Source: Tubulanus polymorphus (Eukaryota; Animalia; Nemertea). From it: 64,000 bases of DNA. Both the position numbers and the translations under genes were made by a program. The notes beneath the pieces are model-generated. The model did not search any database. It was given only the letters and a program-made list of their open reading frames with translations, and had not been told where the DNA came from. The DNA lies in assembly GCF_964204645.1 (NCBI RefSeq), contig NC_134036.1, forward strand, positions 4,122,600 through 4,186,599, given 5' to 3'. Every line of letters starts with the position of its first letter. Within the stretch, counting starts at the first letter, position 1. Below, in pieces: positions 1-18,800 of the stretch.

Positions 1-5146
<5,146 letters not shown>

Positions 5147-5559
5147 AGGGTTGTCTAGGTAGCTAAATGACGCAGTGTTCATATGGAATTAACATTATTT
5201 CTTTTAAAATTAGAGACTGTTTGAGTTAAAAATTGACAGCACGTTCGGACACCAAAAAATCTCCCGATGATTTATGTAAACATCTCGTCACATTCTTTAT
5301 AACATTATACGTGGCCGATCTCGATCGATCCGACTTTGTCCTATACGGTCAACACTGATTTTCGACTCAGGTACAAGATGTTTCAACTCAACACTGATTT
5401 ATGACTTATTGGATATTTCAACAAACGCACGCGCTTGACAAACCATTGTTCAAAAGATTACCAAAAAGATCTCGACTCATCAATGTTACAATTCTGATTC
5501 AAAGTTTCATAGGTTTTGTTGCGGTGCACGGTTTCAATTTGCAGTCTGGATCCATAGCA

Positions 5560-6060
5560 GTGTGATAAGAAACGTGATAGCTTTGCGAAAGTCTGCTGAT
5601 TAAATGTCTAATGTGTTTGTAGTTCTTTTCCAACTGGGAATGTCTCAGATGAAGTACTGAACAACTTCGAAGAACAAAGATCAGTTTTTGAAATCGAGCC
5701 GATAAAATGTCTGATACGGCACGGTGTTTGCAGTTATTTTTTTCCAATAAACACGTCTGAAGGTGAATTTCCCAGCACGCGTGAAGCGTGGGTGATCAGA
5801 TTTTATAGAGTTAAGCTTACGAAATATCTAACGTCTGAAGTTGCAGTCTATCTAATAGATGTTGTTGGATGAAGAAACTGAACGCACGTTAAGTGTGGGT
5901 GATCTGTTTTTGAAAGTTTGCTGATGAAATTTCGCCGGTAGTTCTAGTGTTGGTAGTTCATTTTCAAATGAAAATGTTTCAAGATGAAGTTCTCAACACG
6001 TGTGAAGCGCAGGCGAACAAAAACTGTAAGATAGCCGATATCGAACGTCTCGGGCGATGG
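5560..6060. repeat. Degenerate ~110-bp tandem/dispersed repeat family
   Basis: Recurring blocks GATAAAATGTCT..GGTGTTTGCAGTT and CACGxGTGAAGxGTGGxTGATCAGxTTTT. Related copies lie near 13930-14100, 21980-22150, 29920-30090, 38310-38480, 47480-47600, 48590-48810 (reverse) and 56620-56990. Confidence 0.6.
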
Positions 6061-6595
6061 ATCCAGTCAACAAATTGACGTCTGTGTCCTACACATGTTT
6101 CTATTCGTTCTTATTTCCACTCAGAACTTTTGAATTTATTTTTTATGTCTAGAATTATATTTATACATTTATTCGTGTTCGTCGTTGAAAATTAAAGAAA
6201 TTAGACCATCGTCGTGCTGAGTCTGAATATAGATGAAAAATAACAGTTATCGTTGTTGTGATATAATCTTCTTGGAAATATTGGTATTTTAAGACGTAAC
6301 CGAGGATCATTTCAGATTAGTCGCCGTCTATGATGTCTATCAAGTACTATATCAAAAAAGCCCACAATATTGACGAAAAAAAAAACTAACAAATATGTTT
6401 CGTCGAAATTTCGGTGGATTTTTTAATTCATCTTCAGAGATAATTTACTCAAAATGACACATAAAATAAATCTCCGATGGTCGAGCTAATCCATAGTTCA
6501 GACCTTTCAGATGCCGTTCGTTGATATTGTGTCGGTTTCCATTTTTCTGATAATGTAGCATTAATATCAATTCAAAACCAACAAATCCTGTGGAA

Positions 6596-6645
6596 AATAT
6601 GCAGAATATGCAAAATATGCCGAATATGCAAAATATGCAGAATAT
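6596..6645. repeat. 9-bp tandem repeat (AATATGCAR), repeated in every array unit
   Basis: AATATGCAG/AATATGCAA repeats; shorter equivalents near 14666, 22795, 30658 and 39048. Confidence 0.8.
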
Positions 6646-6867
6646 CAGTACGTAAGGAGTTGACAATACGAAGCCAGTCCTAAATGTGAGAAATTCAAAA
6701 ATTTAGTAAACTCTATTAAAAACAAACATGACGTAGAAAAATGCAAAAATATGATGATAAATCGATACGAAAATCGATGTTTAAAAAAGTGAAAATGAAA
6801 AATTAACCAGTTCTTGAGTAATTTTCCATAAAAGTAGAAAAGATCTTTTCAATTCATCAACCAAATA

Positions 6868-7248
6868 TGATCTAGTTAAATACACATCAGTGCGAGGGTC
6901 AATACTGACCCAGTCCGAAACGCAACAGTGCAGAGGTCAAGTGACCTAGTTTGATACTCAACAGTGCGGGGCTCACAGGACTTAGTCAAATACTCATCAA
7001 TGCAGTGCTCAATAATGGCCTAGTTGAATACGCATCAGTGCGGGGATCAAGTGGCCCAGTCCAATACTCATCAGTGTGTCCGGGGTTCATCTGACCTAGT
7101 TGAATACTCATCAGTGCTGGGGTCAATTGTCCTAGGTGAATACTCATTAATGTGGGTTCAACCGACTTGATTAGATACCCATCAATACAGGGATCAATTG
7201 ACCTAGCTGAATACTCATCAGTGCGGGGGTTTTCACTGACCTAGTTGA
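6868..7248. repeat. 36-bp minisatellite upstream of receptor copy 1 (~10 units)
   Basis: Unit approximately TGACCTAGTTGAATACTCATCAGTGCRGGRGTCAAT; ends ~500 bp before the ATG. Confidence 0.9.
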
Positions 7249-7751
7249 TGTAGCTTATCGCATATGTGAGACTGGTATGATTCTAGTTTGAACGAGGAGT
7301 GCCATGATCGCGCATAACATCAACGACAATATTATAAAATCGGAATATATGAAAAATTCGCCTCCAGAAAAAACCCTGAACGAAAGAAGCGAAATTATTA
7401 ATCAGGACATTTTTGAATTATAATTGGACATAGATATTTACGACATGTGGAAACATGAAAGTGAAAATTGCTGCGCGGATAGATGGTAATTACTGTGAAG
7501 CTCGTCCGTAGCTGGTAGTTTCAGTTCGATCGAACATAAATGACGTGAATCTATATCGACAAAATATCAGTGGTTGAAAAATATAGTTGTATTCCGAAGT
7601 TGCCGAGCCCTGCAACTGATTGGTAAAACATCTCAAATGCTGCATCGATTTTGTAGATAATTTGAAGATAGAAACTGACGTGAACCACTGATCAGTGATT
7701 AGAATAATAAAATCTTGCTTCGATCATGAATTTCATCGTTGTATCGTGTTG

Positions 7752-10700
7752 ATGTTGTTCGGTATGGAGCAGCGACTGAGAGCGCTGTTTATATCGTCGC
7801 TGATCGTCTGTCGAGTTCGCATCGCGCACGCTGATCGCGCAGACTCTATCGAGGAATCGTCCGTGACGGTAAGTTCGTCTTGTAACAACACGTGGTACCC
7901 GCTAGATTCTACGTCCGGTTACATCGTTTCACCGAATTACCCTTCGTTATCGCGCGGTGTTGAATGTCGTTGGTTCATCAACAGCTCTTTACCGAGAACC
8001 TTTCACGTCCAAGTTTACTACGATATCGAGCCGTCAATATTCTGTAGTGATAACTATCTTCTCATTTACCGGTCTGACCACAGATTGTGCGGTGATCGAA
8101 AACATGAAATCCGCTGTAAAGATTCGATCTCGTTAATGTTTAAGAGTAACGTCGATAGTGCCCGTGGTAGTCGGGTTTATATAACATATCGTTATGAACA
8201 AAATCAGTTGGCAATTAGTCACGACTGCCCCAAAAATGTCGGATTGAACGCATTGCAATCATTGATTGGATATAGATTATCTATACGCTACTTCATTACG
8301 TGTAAATTGTTTTTGGACTGGATCGGGATGCCGGATGGTTTCGCAATGAATTTGACTTTCATGAAGTTGAGTATGACATTGTATCCAGGCGCTGATTCAG
8401 CGACGGCTGTTAGAATCCACGACACATGGAACAGCAGCAGTGAGCCTATAGGTCTTATACGAGAACAAACCGGACATCCACCTTCATCATTTTATACTAA
8501 AACAAACAAAGCTGTCATATCTCTCCTTCATCGTCGACGGCAATTTCAGTCGCAGCTTTTAGTCCAGGTTTATAGAATATCAGATTGGAACGTATCTAAT
8601 CCATTGATTCAGATCTCTAATAACGAGTCGGGAGTGCTCATTCCCGATGACAACAGTTTACACGTAATAACTCGATCGAAACACTTACACTGCTGGTCTA
8701 TCACAGTGCAGGTGTTACAGTACGTCGTCTTCAACTGGACACGTGATCTCATCACATCCGGTGACGTCATTGGTTCATATAAACTAGAAGGGTTACGCGT
8801 TGTAGGAACTGATATTTTACTCGGTTACAACTACCTGCAATCACTGAGTGTCAAATCTGATGGATTTCTGGTTATACTGTGCGTTTTAAAGGGACAAAAA
8901 TCATCAAAATCTCGTATAGAAATAAACTATAAAATGCAATCCCTTTCGATAAAAGATGTACGCATCGGCAAACATCGGGTGAGTAAAAATGATCGATTTT
9001 CAAAACTGAATCAAATCACGTAATACATTATCTGACTCAAAGATGATCTCCTTTTAGATATCATCCTTCCCACCAGTCAACATGTTTCCGTCATCGAAGA
9101 AGACGACATTAACGTATCGCATTAATACATTACTCTTTAAATGGAAAGTTGATATCTATGAAGAGAGTATGGAACTACCAGTTTTATCAGAGAACTGCGA
9201 GCGAGCTGGATTTTACATATTCGACGGTGGTAATTTCACGGCTAGACGATACGGTCCGTATTGTCCTCGTTTATACGCCCCGTACGACCGTAACGTCGTC
9301 AGTCTGATTACATCAGGTGGATCGATTACTGTAGTAGGCTACGCTTATAACTGGGGCGGTCAGTTAACAGTCGATAAGGATTCACACCTCAGATTTCGTC
9401 CGACCGACTGTGACGGGTATGTTTTAAAGGAGGGAGAACGTCAGATCAATATGACGTCACACTGTCTAGTGATTTCACCCGAAAATCGACGCCTCCCTTT
9501 GAGAAATATTCATATATTATCAGAACACGAATATCAAATTGACCGATGTTTTCAGGATCCTCTATTATTCGGTTCATGTGGTATGTACGTGAGTTTGAGT
9601 AGTCAGATTCTCAATAACAGTCTCGTATTAAACACTGTGAAAATACGAGTTATGAATCCATTCTGGAAGCATCCATTGATAGTTGAACTACGACGCAAAT
9701 GTCAAAGATTGAAGAAAGCCGAGCCGGAAGTTTTATTGCCTGTCATATTGAAAGATGATTGCGGGATATTACAATCACCGAATTATCCAGGATCGTCTGA
9801 GTATCGATTTCAACCGTTATATTTCAATTTCCCGAACGTGATTCAACGTTACCAATTCCCATACTACAGATTTATAATCAAATATATTGAAATGATACGA
9901 TGCGAGAAGGCAGAATCAACGGACAAGGACCCGATTATAATACAACAACTAGTCAGTGATACTGGCGGTCAAATACATCAACATGAAAATAGAATATGTG
10001 ACAATAACGCGATACCGGGACTTGTATTTTATAGTTTAAGACATGAATTCTTGTGGTTTGAGGTGAAAAGTCATATTCCTACATTTCAAATACAATACAC
10101 ATTAGAACAGTCGTTACCGGTAAAACAGTTTAAAAATGTCTGTAAATCGGGATTTCTAGATTCGGGAATTTCATGCGTAAAATACATCAGAGATGAACGT
10201 CTGAATTGGGAGAATGCTGAATTGTATTGTAGACAGAAGTACGCGGGACATCTACTCAGTATCAACTCAGAACGGGAGATGATGGCTATCAAGACGTTAT
10301 TCGCTACAAAACTTCTTTTGAAGGCATATTCACAGAAAGCGCTCATATTGATAATTGGATTAAAAATGCAGGTGAAATTCGTTAATATAGTTTCCAAATA
10401 TTTCCTTTTTAAAATGGACAATCTTTTAAGGAATGTGATAATTCTCTATCTTCGATTCTCAATTCTATTTTCAGCCTAGATCTGGTCATTACATGTGGAC
10501 TGACGGGAAACCATTGAGCTACACAGAGTGGTATAAAACTACAAATAACGACACGATACCAGGAGAAATTCGAGGATTGATATCTCCTCTCAGAAAACAA
10601 CCGATAAATGACGTCAATATGCCGTGTACAGCGATGATACTGAATAATCCACGAGGTTCGGCGAACTGGGTTCGATTCCCCTGCGAAATCGAAGAGGTTC

Positions 10701-13700
10701 ATACGAGTTTCATTTGCGAATCGGAAAGATTGAGTACTGATAGAAATCTAACAAATTCAACAAATAACGACACATACGAGAAAATACGAGCAAATAAATT
10801 TCGAAATAACTCGAGCTGTACGATTGGTTGGGTAAGCATAGACAGACAATGCTATCAAATACTGACTGACTGGAACAAACATCGAGGTTTAGATATAAAA
10901 GCTGCGAAAGAGATGTGTGATAGCATCCGTGGTAAAATAGGCAGAATAAGCAAACATACAGAAAAAGATATCTTTAAATTGATAAGAGAGTTTCATTACC
11001 AACATCAATATAGCTCTATACTAACGATGACTTCTAACGACAGACTTCAGGTTATACACCCAATAATCACGCGAGATGAAATTACTTATATTCAATCAGT
11101 TAAATGGATGCTGAAACAGTTTGATGATGCAACAGATACAGCGCATTCTGTTTTGTGTTCATACAATGTAACTGATGAAGAGTTAGCTTCTATAAGCGGT
11201 TGTAAATTGTGGCAGTTTCAATGTAACGATCAAAGATGTATCGGCGACCATCGCGTATGTGATACCAGACACGACTGTCAACACGGTGAAGATGAACTCA
11301 ATTGTACGGATATAGATTTACACAGTCATTTTCAATGCAAAGATGGCCAGGTGATATCAATAAGTGGTTTGTGTGACTTCATGCAGGATTGTGTGGATGG
11401 TTCTGATGAGAAATCTTGTTTTCATCCCCCCTGTTTGTCCGAACAATTTCGCTGTAACAGTGGCCAATGTATAAGTAGGTCGGACAGATGTAATGGATTT
11501 ACTGATTGTAAGGACGACTCCGATGAAATGGGATGCACCACTCAAATGTGTCAAGGATTCCTGTGTAACAGTGGAGACTGTATTAGTTCTCAGTTGTATC
11601 GGGATGGTGTCGTGGATTGTAGTGGAAGCCTCGAAGAAGATGAATTAGTAACAACTACTAATGTTACTGTGAATCCAACTGTTCAATGCAATAATGAAAA
11701 CCACTGTACGACTAACTTTACAAATCTTTGTACGGAATCAGATGAACAAAGATGTTCTTTCAATTCTCCTTATTGTTATGCAAGACGTCACAGATGTATT
11801 CTAGGTAAAATGACAAATGGTGTCCCAGTTTGTAGAAATCTCGAGCACGTTTTGAGATGTGAAGAATTTGAATGTCCAGCTGGTACTGTGAAATGTCCAG
11901 CATCGTACTGTATACCGATCAGACAGGTATGCGACGGTCATTCAGATTGTCCTAATTCAGAAGATGAACAAAACTGCGAGACATTTTCATGTCCGGGAAT
12001 GTTTAAATGTGGTCAGGAAAATCGATGTATCCCACAATCTGAAGTGTGTGATGGAATCATTAATTGTAAACATACAACTGATGACGAGGCTTTCTGTAAC
12101 GTCACGTGTCCTAAGGGCTGTAAATGTCAAGGTCATTTGATCGATTGTGATAATGCTCGTTTATCAAATATTACTGGTCTTTTTTCAGCATCAAGTCGAG
12201 TTTTAATTCTGTCAAATAACGGAATTGTTCTGACCCAGTCAACGTTAACTGCTTTCGTGTATCTTCGAATGCTCAACATCTCCTTCAATGAATTGTCGTA
12301 CATTTTACCAAACTCGTTCACAAACCTCCATAATCTACATACATTAGACCTGACATACAACAACATAACATCATTATCTGCAAATACATTCACCGGTTTG
12401 TATAGTTTGAAACAGTTATTGATTACTGAAAATCCAATACGTCATTTAGAGGATGATACCTTCCAAGATTTGAAGGCACTCGAAATTCTCGATCTTCACG
12501 GACTTTCGTTGTTGGTGCTTGGTAGATTTGTATTTCGAGGTTTATCTGCATTACAGTCGTTGAATATCAGCAGTAACAGAATCCATCATATTTCACGATA
12601 TTCTTTTTCAGGATTGAATGAAGTTAGAATCCTCGATATCACTAACAACTCTAAATTCATTTCAACAGAGACAGGCGTTTTCGTCAATCTTACATCATTA
12701 GTCTCCTTAGCGTCTGATGCTTACAAATTCTGTTGCATGGCTCCGAACGTTGAACAGTGCCTTCCCGAAGCTGATCAATTTTCCTCGTGTTCTGATCTGA
12801 TGGGTAACACAGTTCTCAGAGCTATCATCTGGGTCATCGCTGCGTTCAGTTTTTTAGCGAACGGTGGCGTCATTTTATTTCGGCTTCGGTCAATTCGACT
12901 CTCGCCTTCCGAAAAGCGTAACACATCGTCTGACATCCTTATAATCAATATCGCAGGTTGTGATTTTTTGATGTCGATTTATTTGTTTTTGATCGCGGGA
13001 GCAGATTACGTCTATAAAGGAGAATATTTCCTAAATTCTGAAACTTGGACGGACAGTTCATTGTGTACTATCGCTGGATTTACGGTGACTATTTCTTGTG
13101 AGGGCTCATTAACGTTTCTGTTTATTCTAACGCGTCATAGATTCTCAAATGTCATTAATCCATTTTCTGGAAGCCCGATCACATCTCCGAGATATGTATC
13201 AATGATTTGTTGCATATGTTGGTTATCAATTAGTACTATTTCTATAATACCACTGTCACAGTCATCTTACTTCGGGAACAACTTCTATGGCAGTACCGGA
13301 GTTTGTTTACCTATGAATTTAATTTCTATTGATGTCAACGCCTGGCAATATTCATTCGCTATTTTTGCCTTGTTTAACTCCGTCATACTTGCTACAATAA
13401 TGGCCACCTATTCTCAAATGTACCGACTCGTATCCGGAAGCAGGTCTAGTTCGGGTAGAATCGACCCTACTGAACTAATTTTAGCGCGCAGGAGTTTGGT
13501 GATAAATCTGTGTAATCTCTTTTGCTGGCTGCCGTTAATTATCGTCCAGTTTTGCGCCGTATTCGGGGTACAAATACCGAATCAGGTGGCGGCTTGGCTG
13601 GCTGTTCTTTTCTTGCCGATCAACTCGTCCCTCAATCCCCTTCTTTACACCATACTGACTATCGATATGAAATCAATACGGGCTAAAACTAAACGCTCAC

Positions 13701-13708
13701 GGCATTAG
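7752..13708 (+). CDS. GRL101-like LGR (CUB-CTL-LDLa-LRR-7TM receptor), copy 1, ~1924 aa
   Basis: Exons 7752-8978, 9058-10371, 10475-13708; two phase-0 GT-AG introns (79 and 103 bp) join the three ORFs in frame. Motifs: CUB (SGYIVSPNYP, GILQSPNYP), C-type lectin (WENAELYC..GHLLSINS..WTDG..FICE), ~7 LDLa (DCxDGSDE), LRRNT plus LRRs, hinge FCC..FSSCSDL, seven hydrophobic helices with CWLP and NPLLY. Alternative start at 7764. Confidence 0.9.
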
Positions 13709-14911
13709 ATAGATTCAAATGTAAACAAGACTTGATCCTTAGAAAAGTGTCTCTCATTTTTCAGTTTTGTACGTCTTCTCTTTATTTCATTTCTTAATAT
13801 CAAAAATAGAAACTTGTTAACTGTTTATGAGATGATCGATAGAAATGGATGCTGGTTCGCTTGCGAAACGTTGTGGTTTGGTCGTTGTCTCGGGTGACGT
13901 GCTCACTGTGTGAAAAATGTGGAAGATCTGTTTTTTAAATTGAGCCGATTAAATATCTCATATCGCATGGTGTTTGCAGTTTATTTTCGATTATGCACGT
14001 CTTTTAAGGTGAATCAGCGTGAAGTGTGGATGATCAGATTTTAAAATTAAGCTGATGGAATATCTAACGTCTGATGTTGCAGTGTGTCTGATATTTGCCG
14101 AAAGTCCTCCGGGCTACAGACAACAAATTGACGCCTGTATTCTAAACGTGTTTCCATCCGTTCTTATTTCCACTCAAAAATATTGAATTCATTTCTTAAT
14201 TTTTTTACGTTTAGAATTATATATACACATTTATTCGCGTTCATCGTTGAAATTAAAGAAATTAGACCATCGTCGTGTTGAGTCTGAATATAGATAAAAA
14301 ATAAGAGTTATCGTTGTTGTGATATCGTCTTCTTTCCCCGATGGAAATATCGGCATTTTAAAACTTAACCGAGGTTCATTTCAGATTAGTCGCCGTCTAT
14401 GATATCTATCAAGTACTATATCAAAAAGCCCACAGTATTGACGAAAAAAAAAACACTAACAAATATGTTTCGTCGAAATTTCGGTGGATTTTTTAATTCA
14501 TCTTCAGAGTTAATTCATTCAAAATGACACCTAAAATAAATCTCCGAAGGTCGAGCTAATCCATAGTTCAGACCATTCAGATGCCGTTCGTTGATATTGT
14601 GTCGGTTCTCATTTTTCTGATAATATAGAATTAATTTCAATTCAAAACCAACAAATCCTATGGAAAATATGCAGAATATGCCAAATATGCAGAATATCAG
14701 TACGTAAGGCAGTGTCAAGACGAAGCCAGTCCTAAATGTGAAAAATTCAAAAATTTACTAAACTCTATTAAAAACAAACATGACGTAGAAAAATGCAAAA
14801 ATATGATGATAAATCGATACGAAAATCGATGTTTAAAAAAGTGTAAATGAACCAGTTCTTGAGTAATTTTCATAAAAGTAGAAAATATCTTTTCAATTCA
14901 TCAACCAAAAA

Positions 14912-15292
14912 TGACCTAGTTAAATACACATCAGTGCGAGGGTCAATACTGACCCAGTCCGAAACGCAACAGTGCAGAGGTCAAGTGACCTAGTTTGATA
15001 CTCAACAGTGCGGGGCTTAAAGGACCTAGTCAAATACTCATCAATGCAGTGCTCAGTAATGGCCTAGTTGAATACGCATCAGTGCGGGGATCAAGTGACC
15101 CAGTCCAATACTCATCAGTGTGTGCGGGTTTCAACTGACCTAGTTGAATACTCATCAGTGCTGGGGTCAATTGTCCTAGGTGAATACTCATTAATGTGGG
15201 TTCAACCGACTTGATTAGATACTCATCAATACAGGGATCAATTGACCTAGCTGAATACTCATCAGTGCGGGGGTTTTCACTGACCTAGTTGA
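14912..15292. repeat. 36-bp minisatellite upstream of receptor copy 2 (~10 units)
   Basis: Same unit as 6868-7248. Confidence 0.9.
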
Positions 15293-15800
15293 TGTAGCTT
15301 ATTGCAGATGTGAGACTGGTATGATTCTAGTCAGAATGATGAGTTCCATAATCGCACAGTACATCAGCGACAATATTATAAAATCGGAATAAATGAAAGA
15401 TTCGCTTCCAGAAAAAAAACGCCGAACGAAAGAAGCGAAATTATTAATCAGAACATTTTTGAAATATAATTGGACATAGATATTTACGACATGTGGAAAC
15501 ATGAAAGTGAAAATTGCTGCGCGGATAGATGGTAATTACTGTGAAGCTCGTCCGTAGCTGGTAGTTTCTGTTCGAACGAACATAAATGACATGAACCGAT
15601 TTCGACAAAATATCATGCAATGGTTGAAAAATATAGTTATATTCCGAAGTTGCCGAGCCCTGCAACTGATTGGTAAAACATCTAAATGCTGCATCGATTT
15701 TGTAGAGAATTTGAAGATAGAAACTGACGTGAACAACTGATCAGTGATTAGAATAATAAGGACTTGCTTCGATCATGAATTTCATCGTTGTATCGTGTTG

Positions 15801-18800
15801 ATGTTGTTCGGTATGGAGCAGCGACTGAGAGCGCTGTTTATATCGTCGCTGATCGTCTGTCGAGTTCGCATCGCGCGCGCTGATCGCGCAGACTCTATCG
15901 AGGAATCGTCTGTGACGGTAAGTTCGTCTTGTAACAACACTTGGTACCCCGTAGATTCTACGTCCGGTTACATCGTTTCACCGAATTACCCTTCGTTATC
16001 GCGCGGTGATGAATGTCGTTGGTTCGTCAACAGTTCTTTACCGGGAACTTTTCACGTCCAAGTTTACTACGATATCGAGCCGTCAATATTTTGTAGTGAT
16101 AACTATCTTCTCATTTACCGGTCTGACCACAGATTGTGCGGTGATGGAAAACATGAAATCCGCCGTAAAGATTCGATCTCGTTAATGTTTAGGAGTAACG
16201 TCGATAGTGCCCGGGGAAGTCGGGTTTATATAACATATCGTTATGAACGAAATCATTTGACGATTAGTCACGATTGCCCCAAAAATGTCGGATTGAACGC
16301 ATTGCAATCATTGATTGGATATAGATTATTTATACGCTACTTTATTACGTGTAAATTGTTTTTGGACTGGATCGGGATGCCGGATGGTTTTGCAATGAAT
16401 TTGACTTTCATGAAGTTAAGTATGACATTGTATCCAGGCGCTGATTCAGCGACGACTGTTAAAATCCACGACGGATGGAACAGCAGCAGTGAACCTATAG
16501 GTCTTATAAGAGAACAAACCGGACATCCACCTTCATCATTTTATACTAAAACAAACAAAGCCGTCATATCTATACTATATCGTCAAGTGCAATTTCAGTC
16601 GCAGCTTTTAGTCCAGGTTTATAGATTATCAGATTGGAACGTGTCTAATCCGTTGATTCAGACCTCTAATAACGAGTCGGGAGTGCTCATTCCCGATGTC
16701 TACAGTTTACACGTAATAACTCGATCAAAACACTTACACTGCTGGTCTATCACAGTGCAGGTGTTACAGTACGTCGTCTTCAACTGGACACCTGATCTCG
16801 TATTATCCAATGACGTCATTGGTGTCTACAAACTAGAAGGGTTACGCGTTGTAGGAACTGATATTTTACTCGGTTACAACCACCTGGAATCACTGAGTGT
16901 TAAATCTGACGGTTTTCTCGTCGTACTGTGCGTCTTAACGGGAAAAAAACCAACGGAAAATCGAATTGAAATAAATTATAATGTTGAATCGCTTTCAATA
17001 GAAGATGTTCGCATCAGTAAACTTCGGGTGAGTATAAGATCCTTAAAAATGATGAATCATATCGCGTACTAGATTGCCTGATTTGCAGAATATGTTTTTT
17101 AGATAAACAGCCAGGGGAAATCCTTGAAATCATTTCTAATGTTCCCATCATCAAAGAGGACAACATTTACGTATCGTATTAATACATTACTATCTAAATG
17201 GAAAGTTGATGTCTATGAAGAGAAAATGAAACTAACAGTTTTATCAGAGAACTGCGAGCGAGCTGGATTTTACATATTCGACGGTGGTAATTTCACGGCT
17301 AGACGATACGGTCCGTTTTGTCCCCGTTTATGGACATACGACCGTAACGTCGTCAGTTTGATTACATCAGGTGGATCTGTTACTGTAGCAGGATACGCTT
17401 ATAACTGGGACGGTCAGTTAACAGTCGGTAAGGATTCGCGCCTCAGATTTCGTCCTACCGACTGTGACAGGTATGTTTTAAAGGAGGGAGAACGTCAGAT
17501 CAATATGACGTCACACTGTCTCATGATTACACCCGAAAACCGACGCCTTCCTTTGAGAAATATCTATATATTATCAGAACACGAATATCAAATTGACCGA
17601 TGTTTTCAGGATTATCTATCATTCAGATCATGTGATATGTACGTGAGATTGAGTAGTCAGTTTCTCAATAACAGTCTCGTATTAAACACTGTGGAAATAC
17701 GGGTCCCGAATCCATTCTGGTTATATCCATTGATACTTGAACTACGACGCAAATGTCTAAGATTGAAGAAAGCCGAGCCGGAAGTATTATTGCCTCTAAT
17801 ATTGAAAGATGAATGCGGGATATTACAATCACCGAATTATCCTGGATCGTCTGAGTATCGATTTCAACCGTTATATTTCAATTTCCCAAACGTGATTCAA
17901 CGTTACCAATTCCAATACTACAGATTTATAATCAAATATATAGAAATGATACGATGCGAGAAGGCAGTGACAAGAGACAAGGACCCGATTGTAATACAAC
18001 AACTAGTCAGAGATAGCGGTCAAATACATCGACACGAAAATAAAATATGTGACAATAACGCGATAACGGGACTTGTGTTTTATAGTTTAAGAGATGAGAA
18101 CCTGTGGTTTGAGGTGAAAAATTACATACCGACATTTCAAATACAATACACATTAGAACAGTCGTTACCGGTAAAACAGTTTGAAAATGTCTGTAAATCA
18201 GGATTTCTAGATTCGGGAATTTCGTGCGTAAAATACATCAGAGATGAACGTCTGAATTGGGAGAATGCTGAATTGTACTGTAGACAGAAGTACGCGGGAC
18301 ATCTACTCAGTATCAACTCAGAACGGGAGATGATGGCCGTCAAGACGTTATTCGCTACAAAACTTCTTTTGAAGGCATATTCACAGAAAGCGCTCATATT
18401 GATAATTGGATTAAAAATGCAGGTGAAATTCGTTAATATAGTTTCCAAATATTTCCCTTTTAAAATGGACAATATTTGAAGGAATGTGATAATTCTCTAT
18501 CTTCGATTCTCAATTCTATTTTCAGCCTAGATCTGGTCATTACACGTGGACTGACGGGAAACCATTGAGCTACACGGAGTGGTATAAACCTACAAATAAC
18601 GACACGATACCAGAAGTTATTCGAGGATTGATTTCTTCTCTCAGAAAACAACCGATAAATGACGTCAATATGCCGTGTACGGCGATGATACTGAATAATC
18701 CACGAGGATCAGCGAACTGGGTTCGATTCCCCTGCGAAATCGAAGAGGTTCACACGAGTTTCATTTGCGAATCGGAAATAATGAATATAGATAGAAATCT

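Noticed and set aside
6390-6440. Minus-strand CTGAAGA...CGAAAC hammerhead-like motif in each array unit
   Set aside because: Stem II and the core spacing do not fit, and CTGAAGA is lost in the copy 4 and 5 units.
7695-10479. Treating the 442-aa, 465-aa and 1071-aa ORFs as three separate genes (operon-like)
   Set aside because: Conserved GT-AG sites in all five copies join them in frame, and the C-type lectin domain is split across the second and third ORFs.
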